Made by a program: the position numbers and the translations under genes
In this document: positions 33,867 to 48,915 of the stretch, in pieces
Layout: each line of letters begins with the position of its first letter
Numbering within the stretch: the stretch's first letter is position 1
DNA from: the human T2T-CHM13v2.0 reference genome, Homo sapiens
Length of the DNA: 64,000 nt
Strand: one strand, 5' to 3'
NCBI RefSeq assembly: GCF_009914755.1
Contig: NC_060940.1
The notes under the pieces: generated by a model
The model's database searches: none
What the model was told of the DNA's origin: nothing
The model's input: the letters and a program-made list of their open reading frames with translations, nothing else

Positions 33867-34067
33867 TCTGTGTCATTTTCCAGAGTTCGCCAGAGAGATT
33901 AAACTGTGATTCCCCACACTGGTAACTGACATGATAATGCATCTTTCTTGCCACTTCCCTCCTGTGCCTGTCCCCTTTCCCCCACCTCCTCAAGCTTAAT
34001 AAACTATTGGCACTCAAGTCCTTGCCTCAGAGTCTACTTCAGTGAGCATCCAAACTAAAACAGTTGA

Positions 34068-34377
<310 letters not shown>

Positions 34378-35571
34378 GATAAGGATACTCTTGACTGCAA
34401 GCAACACAGAGTTGAACTACAGGTGATTTAAATATTAATTTTACACCAACCTATAATCCAGATTTATTGTATCTCCCACACAAAATCCAGGCGTAGGTGG
34501 TCCAGACAGGTTAATTCAATAATGTCATGGCTTTGCGGTTTTTCTGATCCTTACTAGCTCACTACTGAGAACCAGGTCATGTGCCCAAGGCTAAACCAGT
34601 CAGCAGTGAGAGAAACAAGATGAGCATGCCTGGCTTGGGCCAACTGAGTTCCATGCCTAAGAGCATGAGGAAGGAAGGGGCTCCATTTCTCTGGGCATAT
34701 TGCCAACTGATGCATGAATGAAAATGGGATGGTCTCAGCAAAGAATAAGAGAAAAGGGTTGCTGGGCAGGTAACCAATACATACCCAGCAGCTGGTGCTT
34801 AGAAAATGCTGCTGCAGTCTATGAATGCATGAGCCACTGGATGTAAACAATGGATAGCAACTTTCTAGAAGAAAGATAAAGTTGAAGGAGTCATCCTGGA
34901 CACACAAGAGTGGTGCAAAATAAGCACTGAGTGGCCAGGATGCTCAGGGGAAATCTCAGAGGCTTTAGGGAGCATGGTTACCTAACTCAGAACCATCAGT
35001 GCCAACTAAGGAAGACACAAGGTACATTGGTTAAAGTCAAGGACAATCATGTTCTTCCCCTAGTTAATAACAGACACGGCATTTTACAGTTCATAAAGCT
35101 CTTGTCCATTCATTAGTCTCACCATTCAGTCAATGAAATAAACCCAGGTAATAATCAGGTCAGGTATTATTCTTTTAAAATAATTTTATCCCCATTTACT
35201 GTGAAAAAAACTTCTTGAGACAGCTTGCAATAAAAGGTACACCCAAAGGGAAACCAAAAGAAAAATTATTTATTTATCAAATACATAAGAAAACTCATTT
35301 AATATGGTTATTTTGATTGCGTGTGCTCTTGGGTTTTAGCTCCCTAATAGCCAGAGCAAAAGAAAAAGAAAACATAAAGGACACATGAATATCATCATTT
35401 AACAAAGGGAAGTATAGCTGTTCACAGGAAAGGAAATGATTTTTCTTAGAATAGAATTAAAAAAAATTCCACTTGGATCCTTACATAAGGCAAATGTAAC
35501 TAAATGATGGATAATGTCTCCCATGATGGTTTTGCAGAAGATATGAGAATGTCCTCATTCATCATGACATT

Positions 35572-35942
35572 TGAAGTAGTCCATTCTCACACTGCTAATA
35601 AAGACATACCTGAAACTGGGTAATTTATAAAGAAAAAGAGGTGGACTCACAAATGGACTCACAATTCCACATGTCTAGGGAGGCCTCACAATCACGGCAG
35701 AAGGCAAAGGAGTAGCAAAGTCACATCTTACATGGCAGCAGGCAAGAGAGGGCTTATTATTTTTAGTAGAGACACGGTTTCACAATATGTTGGGCAGGCT
35801 GACAACTGGCCAAGAATAGCATGGAAAAGACCCCCCATCTTGATTCAATTACCTCCCACTGGGTCCCTCCCATGACACATGGGAATTATGGGAGCTACAA
35901 TTCAAGTTGAGATTTGGGTGGGGACACAGACAAACCATATCA
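35572..35942 (-). mobile_element. THE1 MaLR solo LTR with an internal Alu-derived replacement (~35754-35812)
   Basis: tagtccattctcacactgctaataaagacatacctga..aaaccatatca. Confidence 0.88.
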
Positions 35943-36487
35943 ATATCCCTAACCATCAGCTTTTCATACAAAGCCAAAGGTTTCTCCCTGTGGATGGTAT
36001 CATAGCACTGATACCCATAAGCCTCACTTCCATTCCACATTGTCCTGGATATCCTAGCTAGTGCAGTTAGACAGGGGGGAAATGTCCAGAAAGGAAGAAA
36101 TGAAACAGTCATCATTCCTAGGTGACTTGATCGTATACATAAAAATCCAAGGAAAATTGTTATGGACTGAATGTCTTTGTCTTTCTCCACCAAATCCACA
36201 CGTTGAAGCCCTAGCCCCCAGTGCAATGGCATTTGGAGGAGGTAATTTGGTTTAGACGAGGTCACGAGGGTATTACCCCCATGATGGGCCTAGTGTCTTT
36301 CCCCAGAAAAACAATATCCTTTACCATATCCCGAAAATTATAACAATACCAGTTTTAAGTACTTACTATGCATGCACCAAGTGTTTACAGGTTTTGATTT
36401 ACTCATTGAAACCTCACAGCAGCCTATAAACCCAGCTAGTATGTGGCAGAGTTGAGACGCAAACAGAAAAGCAGTACTCCAGATCCC

Positions 36488-36681
36488 CTTGGATCCTTAC
36501 ATAAGGGAAATGTAACCAAATGATGGATAATGTCTTCCATGATGGTTTTGTGGAAGATATGAGAATGTCCTCATTCATCATAATATTTATATTAGTCCAT
36601 TCTCACACTGCTAATAAAGACATGCCTGAGACTGGGTAATTTGTAAAGAAAAAAAGGTTTAATGGATTCAAGTTCCACATG
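36488..36681. repeat. Dispersed direct copy of ~35472-35673 (flank plus THE1 terminus)
   Basis: cttggatccttacataagg..atgatggataatgtct..gaagatatgagaatgtcctcattcatcat..tagtccattctcacactgctaataaagacat present twice. Confidence 0.92.
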
Positions 36682-36760
36682 TTGTCATATGCCACACTTC
36701 TTAGGGATGAATGAACATCACCATGATGCCACACTTCCTAGGGATGAATCAACGTCAGAA

Positions 36761-36985
36761 TTTTTTTTTTTTAAGTTCTGGGATACAAGTGCAGAATGTG
36801 TAGGTTTCTTACGTAGGTATACATGTGCCATGGTGGTTTGCTGCACCTATCAACCCATCATCTGGGTTTTAAGCACCACAAGCATTAGCTATTTGTCCTA
36901 ATGCTCTCCCACCCCTCACCCCCCACTCTCCAACTGTCCCCAGTGTGTGTCATTTCCCTCCGTGTGTCCATGTGTTCTCATTTGA
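36761..36985 (-). mobile_element. L1PA 3' fragment
   Basis: Poly-T, gtgccatggtggtttgctgcacctatcaaccc, tgtgtccatgtgttctcatt. Confidence 0.88.
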
Positions 36986-37099
36986 ACATCAGAGCTTAAA
37001 GAAGCATTCCTGCTCTCTTCTCTCCCCGCTGGGCTGGGCTTCAGGTGCCTCCTATATGCTTCCTCCATATCACCTCCACCCTTGCTTGTCATTGTCTGG

Positions 37100-37582
37100 G
37101 TTTGAATTCATTTCCTGAGACTTTTGTAACAATGATCTCAAACTAAATGGCTTCAAACAACAGGAATTTCTTCTCTCCCAGGTCTGGAGGTCAGAAGACT
37201 GAAATCGGTTGCAATAAACTGAAATCAAGGTGTCAGTAGGGCTCGTTCCCTATAGAAGTGCTAGGGGACAGTCTGTTCCTTGCCTCTTCCAGCTTCTGGT
37301 GGCTGCCAGCATTACCTTGCTTGGAGTGGCATCACCCCAATCTCTGCCTCCGTCTGGATATCACCTTCTTGTCTTCTGGGTGTAATATCTCTCCGCCTTT
37401 CTCTTATAAGACACTTGCAATCAAATTTAGGGCCCACCTAGATAATCCAGAATAATCTCCCCATCTCAACATCCTTAATTTAATCATACCTGCAAAGACT
37501 CCTTTTCCTTATAATTTAACATATACAGGTTCCGCGGACTAGAACCTGATATCTTTGAGTGGCCATGATTCAGCCTACTATA
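37100..37582 (-). mobile_element. MLT1 (MLT1B-D-like) MaLR LTR
   Basis: ggcttcaaacaacagg..tctggagg..aatcaaggtgtcag..tttagggcccacc..gataatccag. Confidence 0.8.
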
Positions 37583-37688
37583 GGTTTCATCACTATCTCT
37601 TTATCAACTCTGAAGTCCTTAACAGCAGAGACCACCTGTGGCCATTTTCAAATGGCTGTACATTTTTTACATCAAAGCAATCCCTTAG

Positions 37689-38003
37689 GGCCAGGCACGG
37701 TGCCTCACATCGGTAATCTCAGCAATTTGGAAGGCCAAGGCGGGCAGATCACCTGAGGTCAGGAGTTCCAGACCCACCTGGCCAACACAGTGAAACCCCG
37801 TCTCCACTAAAAATACAAAAATTAGCTGATGTGGTGGTGGGCACCTGTAGTCCCAGCTGCTCTGGAGGCTGAGGCATGAGAATCACTTGAACCCAGGAGG
37901 CGGAGGTTGCAGCCAGCTGAGATCACACCACTGCACTCCAGCCTGGGTGACAGAGGGAGACTCCGTCTCAAAAAAAATACAAAAAACAAACAAACAAAAA
38001 CAC
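37689..38003 (+). mobile_element. Alu (AluS)
   Basis: Full dimer. Confidence 0.95.
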
Positions 38004-38937
38004 ACAATAATCTCTTGGGATCTACACCCTCTCCCTTGACTTTAATGACCTCCATGATTGCTTTGATGTATTGAATATGGTGGAAATCATACTGTGCCCT
38101 TTTCCAGTCCATGTTTTAAAAGACTATCAAGCGCTACTTCCTATATCTTGGAATACTCACTTTTGGAACTCAGACACCACTATGCTACGAGAAGCCCAAA
38201 CCACATAGAAAGGCCACATGAAAGTGCTCCAGGCGACAGCACCAACTGAGCTCCTAACCAGTAGCCAATATCATGCCAGCCATGTGTCTCAGCCATCTTG
38301 GATGGCCAGCCTAGTCAAGCCTTCAGATGACTCCAGCCCCAGTCATTATCTGACTACAACTGCATAGGACTTGAAATGAGAACCACGTAGGTGAGCCCAA
38401 TCAACACAGAGTCATGAGCAATAATACCAAATATTTGTTTCCAGCCACTGTGGGATCAGGCTCTTTTTTATGCAGCAAGAGATTATCTGAACATCATATT
38501 TGTTGCTGCATACCAGGTGCCTGGAACTATGCCTGGAGGTCTTGATATTCAATGAAAGTGGAATAAATCAAATAAATAAAAATGGAATAAATAAACGAAA
38601 CTCTAGAAGCTATGGATTCTAGGGAGTTGAGCTGGAGATCAGGAGGAATGGATATTAGGTCTCAAAGAAATGACAAGGTAATAAGGTAGAAGAAGAAGGC
38701 TGTGGATAAACAAATTTTCTGGAGCCTTAATGGTGGTGAGAAGTGGGCAAGTTCAATGTTGAGCAGGACCAAATTCAACAGACCCTCAGCAAATGTTTGC
38801 TCACTTAGCAGTACACAGATTCTGCATACATCTTCCTTCCTTTTAACCATTCCTTTAATTGTATAAGCAATATATTGAGTATCTACTGAGAGCCAGGCTT
38901 TGAGTTGGGTGAAGACTATTCAGCAGTTAAGTCCCTT

Positions 38938-39582
38938 TAATGCTTATACACTGTTGATGGGAATGTATATTAGTCCAGTCACTGTGGAAAGCAGTTTGGG
39001 AATTTCTCAAATAACTTAAAATAGAACTAAGGTTGAATCCAGCAATCCCATCATGGGTATAAATCCCAAAAGAATAATCATTCTACCTTAAAGATGCATG
39101 CACACATATGTTCATTGCAGCACTATTTACAATAGCAAAGACAGGGAATCAACCTAGATGCCCATCAATTGCAGACTAGATAAAGAAAATATGGTACATA
39201 TACACCATGGAATATACTATGCAGCCATAAAAAAGAATGAAATCATGACCTTTGCAGCAACATGGATGGAGCTGGAGGCCATTATCTTAAGCAAATTAAC
39301 ACAGGAAAAGAAAACCAAATATTGCACATTCTCACTTAGGAGGTAAACACTGACTTCACATGAACACAAAGAAGGGAACAATAGACACTGGGTCCTACTT
39401 GAAGGTAGAGGATGGGAGGAGGGTGAGGATTGAAAAACTACTTACCAGGTACTACATTCATTACCTGGGTGATGAAATAATCTGGACACCAAGCCCCATA
39501 ACATGCAATTTACCCATGAAACAAATCTGCGCACGTACCCCCCAAACCTAAAATAAAAGTTGGAAAGAAAATAAAAATGAAA
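38938..39582 (+). mobile_element. L1PA13-16-like 3' fragment
   Basis: ORF2 C-terminal remnant YYAAIKKNEIMTFAATWMELEAIILS; end aaacctaaaataaaagtt. Confidence 0.88.
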
Positions 39583-40012
39583 AACAAGTCCCTTTCTTAT
39601 GGAACTTAACAACCATAGAGTATTTGGGGAAACCTCAAAACCACAGGCAGGTGGTTCAAGCCCCCATCTCTGACCTTCATTACCCTGCTGTATAGCCATG
39701 ATTACAAAAAAAAAAAAAGCCAGACCATTCAATGCTATTGCTTCTCTCTTCCAAATGGGATGAAGTGCAGGCAGTAAACCAGGGAAGATGAACTTGGCCA
39801 AGTCCTTCTATTCATTTTGTGGCAGTGATGACAATTTCCCATTGTGGGGAGCTGGAGGGGCAGTCTCCTTCTGTTCAAACGACTCAGCACACTTTTGAGG
39901 GGGCATAAGAACCAGAAAGTGCAGGTGCTAGTAAAGCAGGCCTGTATTTACAGGGAGAATCAGTCCACAGACTTCAGCTTCTCAAAACCATTGTTAATGT
40001 GCTTTTACAAAA

Positions 40013-40486
40013 TGCAAAATGCTGCTAGACAGTTCACTGGGTGGCCTTGGGCCTACCCAGTTCTTCCCTCTTTCCCCAACTCATGGTTCTTAAGAATAAC
40101 TGAAGAATGTGCTAGAAATGCAACATCTTGAGATAGAGAGGGACTGGCCAGAACGACCCAACCTCTGTTCCAGTCCACCCCTAGAAACAAAATGTCTTAA
40201 ACACTTTAGCCCAGCAAATCACACATCCTGGGGTATAAAACACAGAACCAGCTGCTTTCTGGGGTATCTGAGCTTCTGTGTAAGTGAGGCATGCACAGAT
40301 ATGACTCTACTTACCCTCAGCAGGTTTCCGGGGACTTGGAGGAATAGCTCACAATGAATCCTAGGCTTCTACCATCTCTTGCTGCCTATCTATAAGTAAT
40401 AAACCTACCTCATGTAACTTGTTGTGTGGGAGTGTTCTGTCTCACTGGACAAGTTGGTAGCCAGTGAACAGTGAACCTGCTTCACA
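40013..40486 (+). mobile_element. ERVL-type solo LTR (MER54-like)
   Basis: TG..CA ends; gggtggccttgg..acccagttct; TATAAAA ~40234; AATAAA ~40399. Confidence 0.6.
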
Positions 40487-40959
40487 AATTCCTCTGCTGT
40501 AAAGTGCACCAGAAGCTCTCAGTCATGGAAGTTCTGTGCTCAAATCTTCCTTCAAGGTGAACTGCTCTGGAAGCAGAGCTAACTGACAACCTCTAGCTGC
40601 TGTACCTTTTGACCCACCGAGGTGTTCATGCTAGGCTGCACTTCCCCGGGGATTTTCCCAGCCAGTGACTGGGCACAGCGGAAGTAATGGAATTAGGTGA
40701 TTCTAACCCAACTGGGAGTTGTCCAACAGAGAGAGTTGCCTTAGGAACTATTACACTGGCTGATACATTCTCAGAGTTGTGCTGAAGCCTTTCTCTTTCT
40801 AACTATCTCTCTTCCTTCCCACTCTGCTTTCAGAGGTGTCAGACCTGCATTACGGTCTGAAATCTCTCCCTGCTCCCTCCCCATTTCCCTTCACAGGCAT
40901 TTTCTTCAATGAATTTCCTGCACAATTAATACTTGGTTTTCTTTCATGTTGTAAACCAC

Positions 40960-41480
<521 letters not shown>

Positions 41481-41797
41481 TTTAAAAAAAGAAATATAGA
41501 ATGTTATACTTGTAAAAAGAAGAAAATGGAAACTGAGGAATCAAATTATGTAAGAGTGATCTTCCTTCTCATCAGCTATCATTTTAGAAATTTGTAGGAA
41601 AAGAGGAGATAAAGGAAGAGAGCAAGAGGAAGCAAATAAGCAGAGGGAGGAAAAGAGGAGAAAGTAAAGAAAGAATTAGAAAGTAAGGAGACACAACAGA
41701 TCAGATCAGCTACCATAATTCAAATGCTCGCCAAAATCACTTCCTATATTTGCAATACAGAAGCTGCAGGAGACACGTTATTTAAAATTAGTAAGAG

Positions 41798-42087
<290 letters not shown>

Positions 42088-42674
42088 TTAGTAAGAGAAT
42101 GAGAACTTCATACAGAAGTTGAGAAGTGGATTTGAAATCAGTGGAGACTGGGACCTTGTACAATTAATTCTGTTTTGCCTTCTGCTACTCAGAGGACCTG
42201 AACTGACTCACCTACCGTCTAGAGACAGCTACTATTTTGTATTTCTTTTTTAGTTTCATGCATTTAATTTGCATGATTATCATTTTGCTTTATTTCCCCA
42301 TTTTACATTATAATATGTGCCACCTCATGTTACTGTGCTTCATGTCTATTATTGATGCCCCATAACATTCCATTGTATGGAAGTATCATAAATATCAACT
42401 ATTTCCCTTTAGTTGGACATTCAGGGTCTTTCCAGATTTTTTTCCTAATTAAATGATGCTGCAATAAATGCCTTGTTTCGCTCCTTCAGAACAGGTCATT
42501 GCAGTAAGGGCCTCTCCATTGGAGTGGTGGATTTTAGTTGTCTGGGACTTAGGGTTTTGGTTCTGATTCTGCTACATCCTAACAGCATGACCCTGAGCAA
42601 GTTACTTGGTTTCTCAGGACTCCTGTTTCCTCACCCATCAAATGGAGGTAACACCAGACAAGGATCCTTTGTGA

Positions 42675-42890
<216 letters not shown>

Positions 42891-43002
42891 TAACAACTTG
42901 TGTGGTCAAAAAGTTTAGAAACCCCTGGTCTAAATGGCGTTAGCAGGACTTATCAGAGCCTTTATTATAACAGCACACAGTCCCAAAGGTAGATCCTTAT
43001 GG

Positions 43003-43668
43003 TATTATCTTAGTCTATTCAGACTGCTATAAGAGAATGCCATAGGTTGTGTGGCTTACAAACAGCAGACATTTATTTCTCACGGTTCTCTCCAGAAGAT
43101 CTGGGAAGTCCCAGATCAAGGCACAGGCAGATTCAGTGTCTGGGGAAGGCCTTCTTCCTAGTTCATAGACAGCCCTCTTTTCACTGTGTCTTCCCATCAT
43201 GGAAGGGCAAAGGGGCTCTCTGGGACCCCTTTTAAAAGGGCATTGGCCAGGCGCAGTGGCTCACGCCTGTAAACCTAGTACTTTGGGAGGCCAAGATGGG
43301 CAGATCACTTGGATCAGGAGTTTGAGACAGCCTGGCCAACGTGGTGGAACCTCATCGCCCTAAAAATACAAAAAAAAAAAAAAAAAAATTATCCAGGTGT
43401 GGTAGATAATTATCCAGTAGTCTCAACTACTCAGAGGATGAGGCAGGAGAATCACTTAAACCCAGAGGCAGAGGTTGCAGTGAGCCTAGATGGTACTACT
43501 GCACTCTAGCCTGGGAACAGGGTGAGACTCTTGTCTCAAATAAATAAATAAATAGGCATGAATCCCACTTGTGGAGTCCCCACCATCATGTCCTAATCAC
43601 CTCCCAAAGGCCCCACCCCCTAATACCATCCATCACACTGGGGATTAGGTTTCAACACATGGTGGGAA
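43003..43668 (-). mobile_element. MLT1A-like LTR split by a plus-strand Alu (43245-43553)
   Basis: tcttagtctattcagactgctataa..ggcttacaaacagcagacatttatttctcac..taatcacctcccaaaggcccca. Confidence 0.82.
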
Positions 43669-45566
43669 CACATTTAGTGGATAGCAAGCATGAAGCATTA
43701 ATCAAGCTTATTTGCCCATCATGCCCATGAAATTCTGAAGTCTGACAAGCAGCCTGTGAGAAGAAAGACATACAACAAGGAGGTAGGACTATGGTGCTTT
43801 GGGGTGGAGGCCACTGATGAAAAACTCACCCCTCGAAAGCATCTCCTACTTTGATACCTACGGATGCAACATCCAGGTAGAACCAGCCTCGATGTCTTCT
43901 GGAGCCCAGGACCTGATCTCCAAGCTGGCCCAAGACAACCCTCAGAGTGCCACTGTTCAAGCTCCTCTTGCTCCATAATCACTTTAAAGAGGCTGCCCCC
44001 ACCCCCGGGGCTCAGAGGGCTTCCTGTGACCTGACACTATGATCGTGAGTGAGTGCCGCGCTCTGTTCCCAACTATGCTTCCTCATCTGTCATCCATGGC
44101 TTTTCTTTTAAGGAGTTATTTACGAAGAGCTGAAGCAATTTGCTTTTAAAAATGAAAAACAACAGAACTAGTATTTTTTGTAAGTCAGCTTGATAGGCAG
44201 TAAACAATCCTGCCAAAGCAAAGCAGAAAATGCTGAAAAGGTTCATGTCTCTTCAACGACTCTGACCAAGACTTCAGAGGATGCTCCAAGGGGAGAAACA
44301 TGCTCAGGGCTACAGAAGCGAGAATCATGGATACCCTAAGCTGGTCTTTCCCAGGAGCAATTTTACCATGCAATTTTCCCTGGATCCTTTCTCTATCGCC
44401 CCATAACACCTCTCCCATTTGGAAACAAAAATATAATCTTTGAAAGAAAAATAGAAATCACTGTCTAAATAAAAATAATACATTCCTAGCATTCATTCAC
44501 CCTCTTCATCCTCCTCCCTGCCCCTGCGGGGGGGAAAAATCTCATTTATCATGTTGAATTTCTCATCTCTTGTGAATGCCACGCAATTGGGTAAATAAGT
44601 TCTGTGTTCAATCTTTTGTTTTTTTGTTTGTTTATTGCTTTATTCATTCACAATGGAAAGAAAGACTAAACTTCAGGTAGAGATAAAAGAATATAAGATG
44701 TATTTTTAACTGTCCAAGATCATGGGATCCCCGAATTCTATTCATGATAGAATGTTTGAGCATCTGTGGACCCCAGTTTGTGAACTCTTGCCCTGAAACA
44801 AAGCCTGCCAGTTATCTGTGTTCAGTCTTTTAACAGGGGTTATTCAATTTACTCAAGCCAACATGAGAGGTTTCCATGACAACCTCTCAGCACATTCAGT
44901 CTTCATATAAATGAGTTATTGCTTTTATGTTCTCATACTCTAAGACAATGGGGAAATTAACATAATGTGGTCATACAAAAAAAAAAAAAAAACAATCAAA
45001 ACAATCAAAATCCTCATATCCTCCCCAGAAACTCACAGATAGCATTCGGTGAAAAAGAACCAAAGAGAAATGAAGCCTTCACATCTGACAACACTGTTAA
45101 CATTAGAGATTTCATTTCAGATGCATTTTAATGAAGCCAGACCATAATGGGGTTCAAAAAAAAGTGTATAGACATAACTAAACTGCAGAGGAAAGAGACG
45201 TAAAGTCAGGGACCCAAATTCACTTTCAGGCCATATATCCTCCAAAGATAACCACCATTCTCTGCCTCTCTTTCTGCACCCCATCCACACTAGCATTCCT
45301 GCCCCAGGACCTTCGCACATGCTCTTCCCTATGCTTGGAATGTTCTTCCCCTGCTGTTCTTCCAGTGCTGCTTTGCTTAGCTAACTCCTACTCATCCTCA
45401 GGTCTCAGCTCAGCAAAGTCACTTCCTCAGGGCAGTCAAGCTTTGCCACTCATCAAGACTAGGTAAAATTTTCTTGTTAAATCTATTTATGGATTTTCCT
45501 GGTTCTTTGTATTTTTCATCATCTTAGATAGGTTAGGTTTCCCCAGAAACAAATCCTAAGAGAAGG

Positions 45567-45920
45567 TGAGATGGTTTGGCTGCGTCCCTACCCAGATCTC
45601 ACCTTGAATTGTAACAATCTCCATGTGTCAAGGGCGGGGGCAGGTGGAGATAATTGAATCATGGGGGTGGTTTCCCCCATACTGTTCTCCTGATAGTGAG
45701 TAAGTCTCATGAGATCTGATGGTTTTATAAATGGGAGTTCCCCTGCACAAGCCTCTTGCCTGCTGCCGTGTAAGATGTGGCTTTGCTCCTTCTTGTCTTC
45801 CACCATGATTGTGAGGCCTTTCCAGCCATGCAGAACTGTGAGTCCATTAAACCTCTTTCCTTTATAAATGACCCAGTCTCAGGCATGTCTTTATTAGCAG
45901 CATGAGAACAGACTAATACA
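45567..45920 (+). mobile_element. THE1 solo LTR (354 bp)
   Basis: tgagatggtttggctg..gactaataca; 5-bp TSD GAAGG (45562-45566 / 45921-45925). Confidence 0.93.
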
Positions 45921-46458
45921 GAAGGACTTGAAGATAAGTGGGTTGATTTGGAAAGTGAGCCCAGGAAACACTGGGATGACAATAGGGAAATGAGACAGAG
46001 AAGGGAAAGGAGCTAATCCAGGTCATGTTTATAAGCAGGCTGCTACTATGGGCAACTGGGGTTCAATCCCACTGGGGACATCTGGGAGACAGCATAGCGC
46101 CTGCCTCACCCTAAGGTATGGAAGGCAGGGCAACTGCCCTCAGCAGCTGGCTGGGGGAGATGTGCCTGTGTTGGTTTCTCTGCACTTCCAGCCTGCCCCA
46201 CAAGAGCCTAGGTTATGGCAGTGAGACAAAGCCCCAGGCAGTATTGCAGATGCTTGCAGTAGGAATGGTGAGTACCCAGAGGACATAGGCAAGGCAAAAA
46301 CTACATCTGCCACCTTCCCCAATGCAAACAGCATAATTATTGCTGGAGACTGGAGATCAGTGGAATAGAAGACAGAAGATTTAATTCAAAGCCATTAGAC
46401 AAAAAATAATAGTCCCATTGAAGACAAAGGCATGGGAATACGGGGAAGGTATAAATCC

Positions 46459-47303
46459 ACATGAATAGACAATTTTCAAAAGAAGATAAACAAATGGCCA
46501 ACAAACATGTGAAAAAATGCTCAACATCACTAATGATCAGGGAAATGCAAATCAAAACCACAATGCGATACCGCCTTACTCCTGCAAGAATGACCAGAAT
46601 CAAAAAATCAAAACATAATAGATGTTGGCATGGAGGTGGTGAAAAGGGAACACTTCTACACTGCTGGCGGGAATGTAAACTAGTACAACCACCTTGGAAG
46701 ACAGTGTGGAGATTCCTTAAAGAAAAGTAGCACCACCATTTGATCTGGCAATCCCACTACTGGGTATCTACCCTGAGGAAAAGAAATCATTATATGAGAA
46801 AGATACTTGCACATGCATGTTTATAGCAGCACAATTCACAACTGCAAAAATATGAAACCAGCTCAAATGCCTATCAATCAACGAGTGGATAAAGAAACTG
46901 TGGTATATATATGCCATATACCAGCAGTATATTTATACTACTCAGCCATAATAAGGAATGAATTAATGGCATTCACAGCAACCTGGATGGAACTGGAGAT
47001 TATTATTCTAGGTGAAGTAACTCAGGAATGGAAAACCAAACGTCGTATGTTCTCACTCACAAGTGGGAGCTAAGCTATGAGGATGCAAAGGCATAAGAAT
47101 GATACAATGGACTCTGGGGACTCGGGGGAAAGGGTGGGAGGGGGTGAGGGATAAAAGACTACAAATTGGGTTCAGTGTGTACTGCTCAGATAATGGCTGC
47201 ACCAAAATCTCACAAATCACTATTAAAGAACTTACTCACATAACCAAATACCACCTGTTCCCCAAAACCCTATGGAAATAAAAAATTTTAAAAATAAAAA
47301 ATA
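46459..47303 (+). mobile_element. L1PB1-like 3' fragment
   Basis: ORF2 C-terminus [31 protein letters not shown]; end cccaaaaccctatggaaataaaaa; degenerate TSD ataaatccacatga / ataaatttacatga. Confidence 0.9.
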
Positions 47304-47998
47304 AATTTACATGATATAAAAGACCTTGACTCTAGGCCTGGGTGACTGATTATATACTGGGGTACAGGTTTTAGTCAAAGAGCTGGAGACTATATGGAAA
47401 AGGGGTGTCTAAGGCCCTCTCTGACATTCTAACAACCCCCATCATCTCTTTTGCTGGCCAGGGGCCCACCTGGTAGGACAGTCCAATCCAGGGTAATTCT
47501 GGCTCACAGGTCACACAATACCAATCTTTGGTCCCAAGGTTAGGAGTGGCTGCTCCCACAATGGACTTTATAATAACCTCTCCAACCTCTGTTTGTTGAG
47601 CTTAGATTCTTAAGCCTCTAAGCTTCTGATGACTCTTATTAGAGAAAGTAATATAATTACCCATCAATAAAGAAATGGCTCATTCAGCAAGGATATATCT
47701 GTTCAATCAAATATATCTGTTCAATCAAATCACTAAAAACAATGGCCGTTTAAGAGTACATATACAAAAGGTACGTGTGCAACAGTATAATAAGAGCAAA
47801 CCTAAATTATGCTTGTTGTTCACTGATTGTCTCCCCACAGTAGCATGGAAGTTCAGCAAGAGCAGGGATCTTTGTTTTTGTTCAATGCTAGGTCCTCAGC
47901 ACCTAGGACTGTGCCAGGCACAAAAACATCCAGCACCCACCAAGGTAAAATTTACAATGTCTGACATCCCATAAAAGTTACTTTAAAAATAGAGGCTG

Positions 47999-48915
<917 letters not shown>

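Noticed and set aside
46461-47073. ORFs with L1 ORF2-like peptides
   Set aside because: Frameshifted 3' fragment of an L1PB element
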